Made by a program: the position numbers and the translations under genes
Shown here: positions 1-9,428 of the stretch, in pieces
Layout of the letters: the number at the start of each line of letters is the position of its first letter
How positions within the stretch are numbered: the stretch's first letter is position 1
Notes under the pieces: generated by a model
Seen by the model: the letters and a program-made list of their open reading frames with translations, nothing else
Told to the model about the DNA's origin: nothing
The model's database searches: none
Source: an uncultured Prochlorococcus sp.
Lineage (GTDB): Bacteria > Cyanobacteriota > Cyanobacteriia > PCC-6307 > Cyanobiaceae
Assembly (NCBI GenBank): GCA_902518475.1
Contig: CABYGI010000004.1
Coordinates: forward strand, 17,303-81,302
Length of the DNA: 64,000 nt
Direction: 5' to 3'

Positions 1-244
1 CAGCTCTATCAGCTGAATAAAGCAATAATTCCGCAAGAGATGAAGGCTTGTTATCTTCATTGTTTTCAAGAATAAGTCCTCTAAGTTTTTTTCCTAAAAG
101 ACTGCCTCCGGGCTCTCTAGTTGTGATTACTTTAGATCCTTTATTTATTAGACCACTATGAGGAAGCCATTTAGACAGTGCATCTATTTGGGTAGTTTTA
201 CCACACCCATCAATACCCTCGATAACGATAAATTTTCCTTTCAT
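1..244 (-). CDS. tmk: Thymidylate kinase, 5' part only (runs off the window edge)
   Basis: Manual translation from the ATG at 244: [19 protein letters not shown] (P-loop), later TREPGG. Not in the ORF track because it is truncated. Confidence 0.93.
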   Translation of the reverse strand, partial: MKGKFIVIEGIDGCGKTTQIDALSKWLPHSGLINKGSKVITTREPGGSLLGKKLRGLILENNEDNKPSSLAELLLYSADRA

Positions 245-2539
245 TTAATCCAAAGATAAAGCATTTATCACAACTGTAATAGAGCTAATAGCCATCAATA
301 ATGCTGCTATTGAGGGAGTAAGTAGAATACCGTATTTAGGAAATAAAATGCCAGCGGCTAAAGGTATAGCTAGTAAGTTGTAACCAAAAGCCCATGTTAG
401 ATTTTGCTTTATTTTTCTTATAGTTTGTTTTGCAAGATTTAAGGCGTAGGGTAATCCATTTAGTTGATCCCCCATCAACACTACATCTGCATTTGCCTTG
501 GCTATTTGAGTCCCTGATCCCACTGCAATTCCTAAATCTGAAGATGCTAAGGCTGGGACATCATTAATACCATCACCAATCATTGCTACTTTATTATTAA
601 TTTTTAAATTTTCTATAATTTTTAGCTTCATTTCAGGAAGAAGATCCCATTTTACTTCTGTCTCTTTGCAACCAATTTGTTTTGCTAAAGCTAAAACTGT
701 TTGTTTTCTATCTCCACTTAAAATATTAATTTTAAATTTGTTTTCTCTTAAATTTTGAACTGTTTTAATTGAATCATCTCTGAGTAAATCTCCTAGAAAG
801 ATAAAGCCTAATAACTTATCTTTGATACTCACTCCAATGATAGTATTCGTTTTTGTATCTTCATTTTCAATGACTTTTTTTGCATCACTATCAATAGTTG
901 TTCCTTTACTTAGTAGCCATTCAATATTTCCAATATTAATAATTCCATCAATTGACTCTAGTTCTCCAGAAATACCTCGACCTGAATAAGTGAAAATTTT
1001 TTTTATTGGAAATAAACTTAAATTTTGTTTATTTGCCTCTTGAATTAATGCATCTGCGATTGGATGCCTGCTTTCCTTTTCTAAACTGGCAGCTATTCTT
1101 AATAAATATGAATGATCATGGTTATTTTTATAATCAACAATGAAAGGCTTACCTTTAGTTAAAGTACCTGTCTTGTCAAAAATAATGTGATTAATTTTTG
1201 AAGCTATCTCTATTTTGTCCCCGCCTTTAAATAAAACTCCTTTTTTTGCTGCTTTACCTGATGCGACGGTTATTACAGTTGGGGTGGCTAAACCTAATGC
1301 ACAAGGACAAGCTATTACTAAAACAGCAATTGACAATTGAATGGCTAAACTAAGGAAATTCTCAGCATTACTACCAAGCGAACTATGAAGTGTATGGCTT
1401 GAGTGAGTGATGAAATGATGATTATGAATTAATAAATCTGGCCAAATATTTTTTGCCCCCTTCCACCAGAAGAAGAAAGTTAAAGTAGCAAAAATAAGCA
1501 CAAAGTAAGTAAATTTGCCTGCAATTTCATCAGCAATTCTTTGAATGCGAGGTTTTCTAGCGTTTACAGACTCAATAAGATTAACTAGTTTTGCAAGAGA
1601 AGAATCCCCTCCAACCTTTTGTACTTTAAGTCTAAGAGTTGAATTAAGATTTAAAGAGCCACTAGATAGATTGTCGCCTTTTTTTACTTCGATAGGTTTA
1701 GATTCTCCAGTAATATGTGAAACATCAACATATGAATTACCTAGGGTAACAATGCAGTCAGCAGGTACTCTGTCTCCTGCTAAAACTTGAATCTCTTGTT
1801 CAGGCCTTAAAGTATTAACCCTAATTGACTTTAATTGATCATCTTTTGTGTAGATATTGGCCACTTCAGGTTGAAGATCTAATAATTCACCAATTGACGA
1901 ACCAGTTTGATATCTAGCTCTTTCTTCTAAGAAACGACCAATTAGGATAAATCCTAAAAGCATAACTGGCTCATTAAAAAAACAAGGAAAACCAGTGCCA
2001 GGGAATATTAAGGATAGAAGACTTGTTGTATATGCGCTTGTTACTCCAAGAGCTACTAAAGAATCCATATCCGGACGGTTCTTTATAAATGATTTAAATC
2101 CATTAATAATTATTCCTCTGCCAGGAAATAATAAAGCTAATGTTGCTAATGAAGCGTGAAAAAATATATTACCTATTATTGGAAAATTTATATATCTTCC
2201 TTCTGCTAGATGACCTAAACCTGAAAATAATAAAAGTAAAAGGGCAAAAGTCAGTTTTTTCCATTGATTATTCCAATTCTTTTTTTTTTCTAATTCTGCT
2301 TTATTTACTTTCTTTGAAAAATCATTTATGTAAATCTTTGCTGGGAAACCATTCTCTCTTAGGTTTTCTAGAACTGTTTCAATTTCTATATGCTGCTGGG
2401 TAATTTCAAAATATGCACTTTCAGTTAGTAAATTAACAGAAACATTTTTTATACCTTCAGAATTATTCAATATTTTTTCTACAGTACTAACACAACCTCC
2501 GCACTTCATTCCTGTAATGCTTAATTGAATGGTCTCCAT
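245..2539 (-). CDS. Heavy-metal (Cu+) P1B-type ATPase, CtaA/PacS-like
   Basis: N-terminal GMKCGGC metal-binding domain, TGES, CPC, DKTGT, GDGIND, and YN and MxxSS Cu(I) signatures. Confidence 0.93.
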   Translation of the reverse strand: METIQLSITGMKCGGCVSTVEKILNNSEGIKNVSVNLLTESAYFEITQQHIEIETVLENLRENGFPAKIYINDFSKKVNKAELEKKKNWNNQWKKLTFALLLLLFSGLGHLAEGRYINFPIIGNIFFHASLATLALLFPGRGIIINGFKSFIKNRPDMDSLVALGVTSAYTTSLLSLIFPGTGFPCFFNEPVMLLGFILIGRFLEERARYQTGSSIGELLDLQPEVANIYTKDDQLKSIRVNTLRPEQEIQVLAGDRVPADCIVTLGNSYVDVSHITGESKPIEVKKGDNLSSGSLNLNSTLRLKVQKVGGDSSLAKLVNLIESVNARKPRIQRIADEIAGKFTYFVLIFATLTFFFWWKGAKNIWPDLLIHNHHFITHSSHTLHSSLGSNAENFLSLAIQLSIAVLVIACPCALGLATPTVITVASGKAAKKGVLFKGGDKIEIASKINHIIFDKTGTLTKGKPFIVDYKNNHDHSYLLRIAASLEKESRHPIADALIQEANKQNLSLFPIKKIFTYSGRGISGELESIDGIINIGNIEWLLSKGTTIDSDAKKVIENEDTKTNTIIGVSIKDKLLGFIFLGDLLRDDSIKTVQNLRENKFKINILSGDRKQTVLALAKQIGCKETEVKWDLLPEMKLKIIENLKINNKVAMIGDGINDVPALASSDLGIAVGSGTQIAKANADVVLMGDQLNGLPYALNLAKQTIRKIKQNLTWAFGYNLLAIPLAAGILFPKYGILLTPSIAALLMAISSITVVINALSLD

Positions 2540-2660
2540 ATTGTTCTCGATAGAAGCAAATTAATGCTTGACCTCTTATTTAACTATAATAATAATTGTA
2601 GTAGAATTTTTGAATAGTGATTTTTTAAATTACTATATTAATCTTATTAGATTTAGAGTA

Positions 2661-3182
2661 GTGCCCAGTAATCAAAACAGAGACAATTTTATTGATAAAG
2701 CTTTTACTGTAATTGCCGAATCTATAGTAAAAATAATGCCTATTGCTGAGAAAGAAAAAAAGGCATATATCTATTATAGGGATGGCCTAGCTGCACAAAA
2801 CAATGGGGATTATTCGGAAGCATTAGAGTATTACAAAGAGAGTTTAATGCTTGAAGAAAATAAAATTGATCGGGGAGAGACTTTAAAAAATATGGCAATA
2901 ATATATATGAGTAACGGCGAAGAGGATTTATCTATTGAAACCTATGAAAAAGCATTAGTAGAAAATCCTAAACAGCCATCATGTCTTAAAAATATAGGTT
3001 TAATATATGAAAAAAGGGGTAGATATGCTGAGCAAAATGGTGATTTAGATCAAAGAGATATTTGGTTTGACAAAGCTGCTCAAGTCTGGACTAAAGCAGT
3101 TAGATTATATCCTGGTGGTTATCTTGATATTGAGAATTGGCTTAAAAACTCAGGAAGAAGTTCGATAGACATGTACCTCTGA
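2661..3182 (+). CDS. ycf3: Photosystem I assembly TPR protein Ycf3
   Basis: [20 protein letters not shown] repeats, ENWLK. Start moved from 2568 to the in-frame GTG at 2661, giving 173 aa. Confidence 0.93.
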   Translation: MPSNQNRDNFIDKAFTVIAESIVKIMPIAEKEKKAYIYYRDGLAAQNNGDYSEALEYYKESLMLEENKIDRGETLKNMAIIYMSNGEEDLSIETYEKALVENPKQPSCLKNIGLIYEKRGRYAEQNGDLDQRDIWFDKAAQVWTKAVRLYPGGYLDIENWLKNSGRSSIDMYL

Positions 3183-3189
3183 AATTTTT

Positions 3190-4551
3190 TTACTTTGATA
3201 AAGAATAATCTACTGCTTCTTGAATATTTGAAATTTCTTTGATATTTATTAAATTTTTAAAATTACTATTTAGTTCCTCCTCTAGTTTTGGTACTACGAT
3301 ATTTTTGATCCCTAGTCTTACAGCTTCTTCTATCTTTGTTCTAAGGTTATTGCATTTTCTAACCTGACCGCTCAAACCCAATTCCCCAATAAATGCGCTA
3401 TTCGCAAAAGGAGGAATATTTTTCAAACTTGATAAAATTGATATTGCTACACCCAAGTCAGATGACGGGTCATTAATCTCAAAACCTCCACCAGTAGCTA
3501 TATAACAATCAAATTCAGATAATTTTACCCCTACGTGTTTTTCAATAACAGCTAGAATTTGATGCAATCTATTGATGCTAATTCCAGTTGTAGTTCGTCT
3601 TGGGTTACTATAGAAAGTTTTATTTACCAGCGCTTGTATATCAACTGCTAATGGTCTAGCGCCTTCATTTGTAATTGTAGTTGTTACACCTGATATATTT
3701 TCTTTGTTTGTAAAAATTGAACTTGGGTTTTTTATCTCTCTTAAACCCTCTTCAAGCATTTCAAAAATTCCAATCTCAAATGTCGATCCAAATCGATTTT
3801 TTATGCTTCTTAGTAATCTATGTGAGGAAATATTATCTCCTTCAAAGTTTATTACTGTGTCAACTAAATGCTCTAGAGTTTTAGGACCAGCTAAAGCTCC
3901 ATCTTTGGTTACATGACCAATTATTAGAAGCGCAATATTATTGTCTTTAGCAAGATTTTGCAATTCAGATGAACATGCTCTAACTTGAGAAACTGATCCT
4001 GGAGAACTTTGCATTTCATGATTATGGATGGCTTGAATGCTATCAATAATTGCTAACCTTGGATTTACACGTTTGATCTCTTCAGTTATTAGGGACAAAT
4101 TGGTTTCTGCAAAAATTTTCAGATCTAAATTGTTTTGATCTAATCTTTCCCATCTAATTTTTACTTGTTCTAAGGATTCTTCTGCAGTAATATATAAAAC
4201 TTTCTCATTGAGAGAAATTTTCCCTGCTGATTGAAGAACTATTGTGCTTTTACCTATCCCTGGTTCTCCTCCAAGTAAAACAACAGATCCAGGTACTATT
4301 CCACCACCAAGAACTCGATCAAATTCCCTAAAACCACTTGTAAATCTTGATATTTTTTTTGATGAAATTTCATTAAAAGGTATAGATTTTTTACTATTTT
4401 TTATATCTTTTATTGTTTGATACTTAGAGCTCTTAATTTTTATTTCTTCAACAATGGAATTCCATGAGTTGCAATTAAGGCATTTACCAAAGTATTGAGA
4501 AGTTTCAGATCCGCAATTCTGACAAATGAAAGTCGATAATTTGCTAGACAT
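3190..4551 (-). CDS. radA: DNA repair protein RadA/Sms
   Basis: C4 zinc finger, GEPGIGKST Walker A, KNRFG motif. Confidence 0.96.
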   Translation of the reverse strand: MSSKLSTFICQNCGSETSQYFGKCLNCNSWNSIVEEIKIKSSKYQTIKDIKNSKKSIPFNEISSKKISRFTSGFREFDRVLGGGIVPGSVVLLGGEPGIGKSTIVLQSAGKISLNEKVLYITAEESLEQVKIRWERLDQNNLDLKIFAETNLSLITEEIKRVNPRLAIIDSIQAIHNHEMQSSPGSVSQVRACSSELQNLAKDNNIALLIIGHVTKDGALAGPKTLEHLVDTVINFEGDNISSHRLLRSIKNRFGSTFEIGIFEMLEEGLREIKNPSSIFTNKENISGVTTTITNEGARPLAVDIQALVNKTFYSNPRRTTTGISINRLHQILAVIEKHVGVKLSEFDCYIATGGGFEINDPSSDLGVAISILSSLKNIPPFANSAFIGELGLSGQVRKCNNLRTKIEEAVRLGIKNIVVPKLEEELNSNFKNLINIKEISNIQEAVDYSLSK

Positions 4552-4657
4552 TAAGTTTCTGAATGAAGAATGGAACTAGAATGTTTGGGATATTGCCCCT
4601 CTACAAGTTAGATTAGGTTAATAATAAATTCTCTTACTGATTAGCTAATAGAAACAA

Positions 4658-5404
4658 ATGGCTCTATCTAGTCAAACTAAAGAAACTATACTTGTCGCAG
4701 ATGACGAGGCAAGTATAAGAAGAATTCTGGAGACACGTCTCTCCATGATTGGCTACAAAGTTGTAACTGCATGTGATGGTAAGGAGGCACTAAAGTTATT
4801 TAAGGATTATGAACCTGATTTAGTAGTGCTTGATGTCATGATGCCAAAGCTTGATGGTTATGGTGTTTGCCAAGAATTAAGGAAAGATTCTGATGTTCCA
4901 ATAGTTATGTTAACTGCATTAGGTGATGTTGCAGATAGGATAACAGGTTTAGAATTAGGTGCTGATGATTATGTAGTTAAACCATTTAGTCCAAAGGAGT
5001 TAGAAGCTAGAATTAGATGCGTTCTCAGAAGAATCGACAAAGAACAAATTCCTGGAATGCCTAATTCAGGATTAATTTTGGTAACGGATATCAAAATTGA
5101 TACAAATCGAAGACAAGTTTTTAAAAGTGATGAGAGAATTAGATTAACTGGTATGGAATTTAGTCTCTTAGAGCTTTTGGTAAGCAGGTCAGGAGAGCCC
5201 TTTAGTAGAGGAGAAATTTTGAAAGAAGTTTGGGGATATACCCCAGAGAGGCATGTAGATACAAGAGTCGTCGATGTTCATATATCAAGATTAAGATCAA
5301 AACTGGAGGCTGATCCAGCAAATCCTGAATTAATTTTGACAGCAAGGGGTACAGGATATCTTTTTCAACGGATTGTCGATATTGCTCCTTTTGATGGTAA
5401 ATAA
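4658..5404 (+). CDS. rpaB: OmpR-family response regulator RpaB (Ycf27)
   Basis: DDEASIRRILETRLSMIGY and ELILTARGTGYLFQR are characteristic of RpaB. Confidence 0.95.
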   Translation: MALSSQTKETILVADDEASIRRILETRLSMIGYKVVTACDGKEALKLFKDYEPDLVVLDVMMPKLDGYGVCQELRKDSDVPIVMLTALGDVADRITGLELGADDYVVKPFSPKELEARIRCVLRRIDKEQIPGMPNSGLILVTDIKIDTNRRQVFKSDERIRLTGMEFSLLELLVSRSGEPFSRGEILKEVWGYTPERHVDTRVVDVHISRLRSKLEADPANPELILTARGTGYLFQRIVDIAPFDGK

Positions 5405-6823
5405 ATGGGAAAAGAAACAGCTCAAAAAATTAATAAGCCCAGAGCTATTAGAAGATTAGTTATTTGGTACAAAAGAAATTCGGCTGTAACTTCTATAGTT
5501 GATACTGCCGCTAGTTCTGCAGCAACGGCTAGTAATGTTGCTGGTAATGTAGTTTCTGGTGCTGGATCAGTAGTAACCACAGCTGGTAATGTTGCTAGTA
5601 ATGTTGCCGGTAATGTTGCTGGTAATGTAGTTTCAAGCGCTGAATCTGTTGTTCATACTGCTAGTAGTGTAGTTTCAAATGCTAGTTCCTTGGCTAAGAA
5701 TACATTACAGCCATTAGTTTTTGACCCATTAAAAAGATTACAAAATAGTGATAATACTTCAGATAAGGTCAAAGACATTCAATCTAGACGAATTTGGATC
5801 GCAGTTGATGGGATGGGTGGAGATTATGCTCCTGGGCCAATTCTTGAGGGATGTCTCGAAGCAATAAAAAGATTTCCGATAAATATAAAGTTTGTTGGCA
5901 AAATTGAAAAAGTTAAAAATGCAGCAGAAAAAATTGGTTTAACCGAACTATTGGAAAATGAAATAGATAATAATCGTCTTGAACTAATTGATAGCGGAGA
6001 TCCCATTGGAATGAATGAAGAGGCTACTGCAGTCAGAAAAAGGAAAAATGCAAGTATTAATGTTGCAATGGATTTAGTTAGAAATAATAGTGCAGAAGCT
6101 GTCTACTCAGCTGGAAATTCAGGAGCAATGATGGCTTCTGCAATATTTAGAATAGGGAGATTGAAAGGGATTGATAGACCAGCTATAGGTGCATTATTTC
6201 CAACAAGGGATCAAACTCGCCCGGTATTAGTTTTAGATGTTGGTGCAAATACTGATTGTAAACCGTCTTATCTACATCAATTTGCTCTTTTAGGTAATAT
6301 TTACGCAAAAGATGTCTTACAAGTAAAAAAACCCAGAATCGGCCTCTTAAATATTGGAGAAGAAGAATGCAAAGGTAATGATTTATCTCTTAAAACATTT
6401 GAATTATTATCTTCTGAAAAAACTTTTGATTTTGGAGGTAATTGTGAAGGTCGAGACGTATTATCAGGTAGTTTCGATGTAGTAGTCTGTGATGGATTTA
6501 CAGGTAATATTTTATTAAAATTTCTTGAATCTGTAGGAGGAGTTTTATTAGATATTTTGAGGTCTGAGCTGCCTCGAGGAAGGCGGGGGAAAGTTGGTTC
6601 AGCTTTCTTAAAAAGTAATTTACTCAGAATTAAGAAAAGATTAGATCATGCCGAACATGGAGGTGCCTTATTACTAGGGGTAAATGGTATTTGCGTTATC
6701 GGTCATGGAAGCAGTAAATCATTATCAGTAGTAAGTGCTCTTCGCTTGGCTCACTCGGCAGTTAATCATGGCGTTATGGAAAATTTAAATCAACTGCAAA
6801 AGCTTCAAGTTTTAAATTCATAA
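5405..6823 (+). CDS. plsX: Phosphate acyltransferase PlsX with a ~128-aa N-terminal extension
   Basis: AVDGMGGD, SAGNSGA, LDVGAN, GHGSS; first gene of the plsX-fabH-fabD cluster. Confidence 0.95.
   Translation: MGKETAQKINKPRAIRRLVIWYKRNSAVTSIVDTAASSAATASNVAGNVVSGAGSVVTTAGNVASNVAGNVAGNVVSSAESVVHTASSVVSNASSLAKNTLQPLVFDPLKRLQNSDNTSDKVKDIQSRRIWIAVDGMGGDYAPGPILEGCLEAIKRFPINIKFVGKIEKVKNAAEKIGLTELLENEIDNNRLELIDSGDPIGMNEEATAVRKRKNASINVAMDLVRNNSAEAVYSAGNSGAMMASAIFRIGRLKGIDRPAIGALFPTRDQTRPVLVLDVGANTDCKPSYLHQFALLGNIYAKDVLQVKKPRIGLLNIGEEECKGNDLSLKTFELLSSEKTFDFGGNCEGRDVLSGSFDVVVCDGFTGNILLKFLESVGGVLLDILRSELPRGRRGKVGSAFLKSNLLRIKKRLDHAEHGGALLLGVNGICVIGHGSSKSLSVVSALRLAHSAVNHGVMENLNQLQKLQVLNS
5528..5634 (+). 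repeat. In-frame 12-bp tandem repeat GC(T/C)(G/A)GTAATGT(T/A) inside plsX
   Basis: Two units at 5528-5551 and four at 5582-5629. An exact 25-nt duplicate lies at 5532-5556 and 5610-5634. Confidence 0.9.
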
Positions 6824-6877
6824 AACATATTGCGTCAAATTTATGTTTGACTTATATAAGTAACTAAAAAAACTCTT

Positions 6878-7885
6878 TTGGAAGGAATAAATTTTAATCA
6901 GATTGGGGTAACATTTAAGGGTAGTGGAAGTTATGTACCCGATCAGATACTTACCAATCCAAAAATTAGTCAAAAGGTTGATACAAGCAATGAATGGATA
7001 AAATCTAGAACTGGTATTTCTGAGAGAAGAATTTCTAGCACAGGAGATAACGTTACTGAGATGGGTTATGAGGCAGCTCTAAGAGCTATTGAAATGGCTA
7101 ATTGGGATATTAAAACTATTGATTTAATTATTTTAGCTACTTCTACTCCAAATGATTTATTTGGGTCAGCCCCATCTGTGCAAGCTAAATTAGGGGCTCA
7201 AAATGCTGTAGCTTTCGATTTAACTGCAGCTTGCAGTGGTTTTTTATTTGCACTAATAACAGCCTCACAATTTTTAAAAGGGGGTAGTTTTAAGAGGGCA
7301 ATTGTTATTGGAGCAGATCAATTATCAAGTTTTGTGGATTGGAACGATAGAGGAAGTTGTATTCTTTTTGGAGATGGTGCGGGTGCCTTGGCAATTGAAG
7401 CCACAAATGAATTTGATAATTTTATAGGTTTTGATATGAGAACTGATGGAGCTAGGGGTTCTTTTCTTAATCTTCCATCAAAAAACATTAAGGATTCAAT
7501 AATTGATGACATTAACTTTTTAAGTGGAGGTTTTTCTTCAATTCAGATGAATGGTCAGGAAGTTTATAAATTCGCAGTTAAAGAAGTTCCCATAATTCTT
7601 GAAAAGTTGTTAGAGAAAATGAAATATAATTCAGATCAAGTTGATTGGCTTCTTTTGCACCAGGCTAATCAAAGAATATTGGATTCTGTAGGAGAAAGGT
7701 TAAAAATTCCCAGCGAAAAAATTCTTAGCAATTTAGAAAAATATGGCAATACATCAGCAGCCACAATTCCACTAATGATGGATGAGGCTATTAGGGATTA
7801 TAGAATTAAGCAGAATGATATTATTGCTACAAGTGGTTTTGGTGCTGGGCTAAGTTGGGGTGCAGCCCTAATTAAATGGGGTTAA
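6878..7885 (+). CDS. fabH: 3-oxoacyl-ACP synthase III
   Basis: AACSGF, HQAN and GNTSAA catalytic triad motifs; TTG start. Confidence 0.96.
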   Translation: MEGINFNQIGVTFKGSGSYVPDQILTNPKISQKVDTSNEWIKSRTGISERRISSTGDNVTEMGYEAALRAIEMANWDIKTIDLIILATSTPNDLFGSAPSVQAKLGAQNAVAFDLTAACSGFLFALITASQFLKGGSFKRAIVIGADQLSSFVDWNDRGSCILFGDGAGALAIEATNEFDNFIGFDMRTDGARGSFLNLPSKNIKDSIIDDINFLSGGFSSIQMNGQEVYKFAVKEVPIILEKLLEKMKYNSDQVDWLLLHQANQRILDSVGERLKIPSEKILSNLEKYGNTSAATIPLMMDEAIRDYRIKQNDIIATSGFGAGLSWGAALIKWG

Positions 7886-7903
7886 AAACAAAATAGGATT
7901 ATT

Positions 7904-8800
7904 ATGACAGTTGCATGGGTATTCCCCGGACAGGGTTCGCAAAAAATTGGAATGGCAAAACAAATTGAAGATTTGCCTAGCACAAAAGAGAGGTTTAGTT
8001 ATGCTTCTGAGATATTTGAGAGAAATTTATTTGAAATCTGCGAGTTAAATTCTGACCCAACAAATCCTCTTAGTGATTTGAATAGTACAAGAAATACACA
8101 AATCTGTCTTTTTTTGGTTGAATCAATTTTATTAGATTCCCTAAAAGATAATGGTTTTAAACCAACTTATGTTGCTGGACACAGTCTGGGAGAAATAACG
8201 GCACTTTATTGTGCGGATGTTTTTTCATTCGAAGACTGTGTATCACTAATAAAAGTAAGATCTCAATTAATGGTCAATGCTGGGGAAGGATCTATGGCAG
8301 CAGTAATTGGTTTTGATAGAAATCAACTTGATTTATTAGTAAAAAAAAGTGTAGATGTTGTAATTGCTAATGATAATAGCTCTTCCCAAGTTGTCTTATC
8401 AGGATCTAACGAAGAGTTAGACAATTTATCGAAAGAAATTTCATGTAAAAGATTCCTAAAATTAAATGTTTCAGGTGCATTTCATTCACCATTTATGGAT
8501 GAGCCTGCAGTTAAATTTTCTGAATATTTAAAAAAGATTAAATTTAACAAACCTTCTTTCCCAGTCATAAGTAACTCTGACCCTTCATTTTGTGACAATC
8601 CAAATGAGCTTAAAATTAGATTAGAAAATCAAATGTGTAATGGGGTAAGGTGGCGAGAAACTATGGATTTAATGGCAAAAGATAGTGATCTTCATTTTGT
8701 TGAAATTGGCCCATCAAATGTACTAAGTGGTTTAGCAAAAAGACATCTAAAAGATATAAAAATTACTCAAGTTTCATCTTCTAATCAAATAACTTATTAA
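7904..8800 (+). CDS. fabD: Malonyl-CoA:ACP transacylase
   Basis: FPGQGSQ, GHSLGE, SGAFHS. Confidence 0.96.
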   Translation: MTVAWVFPGQGSQKIGMAKQIEDLPSTKERFSYASEIFERNLFEICELNSDPTNPLSDLNSTRNTQICLFLVESILLDSLKDNGFKPTYVAGHSLGEITALYCADVFSFEDCVSLIKVRSQLMVNAGEGSMAAVIGFDRNQLDLLVKKSVDVVIANDNSSSQVVLSGSNEELDNLSKEISCKRFLKLNVSGAFHSPFMDEPAVKFSEYLKKIKFNKPSFPVISNSDPSFCDNPNELKIRLENQMCNGVRWRETMDLMAKDSDLHFVEIGPSNVLSGLAKRHLKDIKITQVSSSNQITY

Positions 8801-8804
8801 AAAA

Positions 8805-9425
8805 ATGAAAAATGATTTTTTTGAAAAATTAATTTATCAATTAATAAGCAAAATCTTTGTATTGCCAATATATAAATTTGTATTTAGAGGTCATTTAATC
8901 GGTAGAGAAAATATTCCGCAAAAGGATTCTTTTATAATGGTTGCTAATCATGGTTCTCTGTTTGACCCTCCTTTATTGGGGCATGCTCTTGGACGTAATA
9001 TATCTTTTATGGCCAAGTCAGAGCTATTTAAAATACCTATACTTGGCTTTGTTATCAAGGCATGTGGAGCTTATCCTGTAAAGAGGGGAATTGCTGATAA
9101 AAATACCATTAAAACAGCATGTAAAAAATTATCAGAAAATAATTGCATTGGAATTTTTATTGATGGTACTCGTCAAAAAAATGGGCGAGTTAATAAGCCA
9201 AAACAAGGAGCTGCCTTATTAGCCTTTAAAAATCAAAAATTATTGTTGCCTGTTGCGATAGTTAATTCACATAGACTAATAAAGTTTAAATTTTGCATTC
9301 CTTTTTTTTCAAAAATAGTTATTAAAGTGGGAAAACCTATTCAACCTCCACAAAATTCATCAAGAAATGATCTTAATTCTGTAACTATTCTTCTTCAAGA
9401 TAATATTAATAATCTGATTGGATAA
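8805..9425 (+). CDS. plsC: 1-acyl-sn-glycerol-3-phosphate acyltransferase
   Basis: NHxxxxD motif (NHGSLFD) and FIDGTR. Confidence 0.9.
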   Translation: MKNDFFEKLIYQLISKIFVLPIYKFVFRGHLIGRENIPQKDSFIMVANHGSLFDPPLLGHALGRNISFMAKSELFKIPILGFVIKACGAYPVKRGIADKNTIKTACKKLSENNCIGIFIDGTRQKNGRVNKPKQGAALLAFKNQKLLLPVAIVNSHRLIKFKFCIPFFSKIVIKVGKPIQPPQNSSRNDLNSVTILLQDNINNLIG

Positions 9426-9428
9426 AAT

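Noticed and set aside
2280-2289. Homopolymer runs (T10 here, T9 at 11062, and several 8-9 nt runs) as phase-variation sites
   Set aside because: Expected in such AT-rich DNA. They encode Lys/Phe runs in housekeeping genes and all frames are intact.
2554-2596. AAGCA-N6-TGCTT dyad and TTGACC/TATAAT between the Cu-ATPase and ycf3
   Set aside because: The arms are only 5 bp and the -35/-10 spacing (11 bp) is wrong, so it cannot be told apart from chance.
5528-5634. The repeat array as a CRISPR or mobile-element remnant
   Set aside because: The units are 12 bp, in frame, and have no unique spacers. No cas or transposase gene is present.
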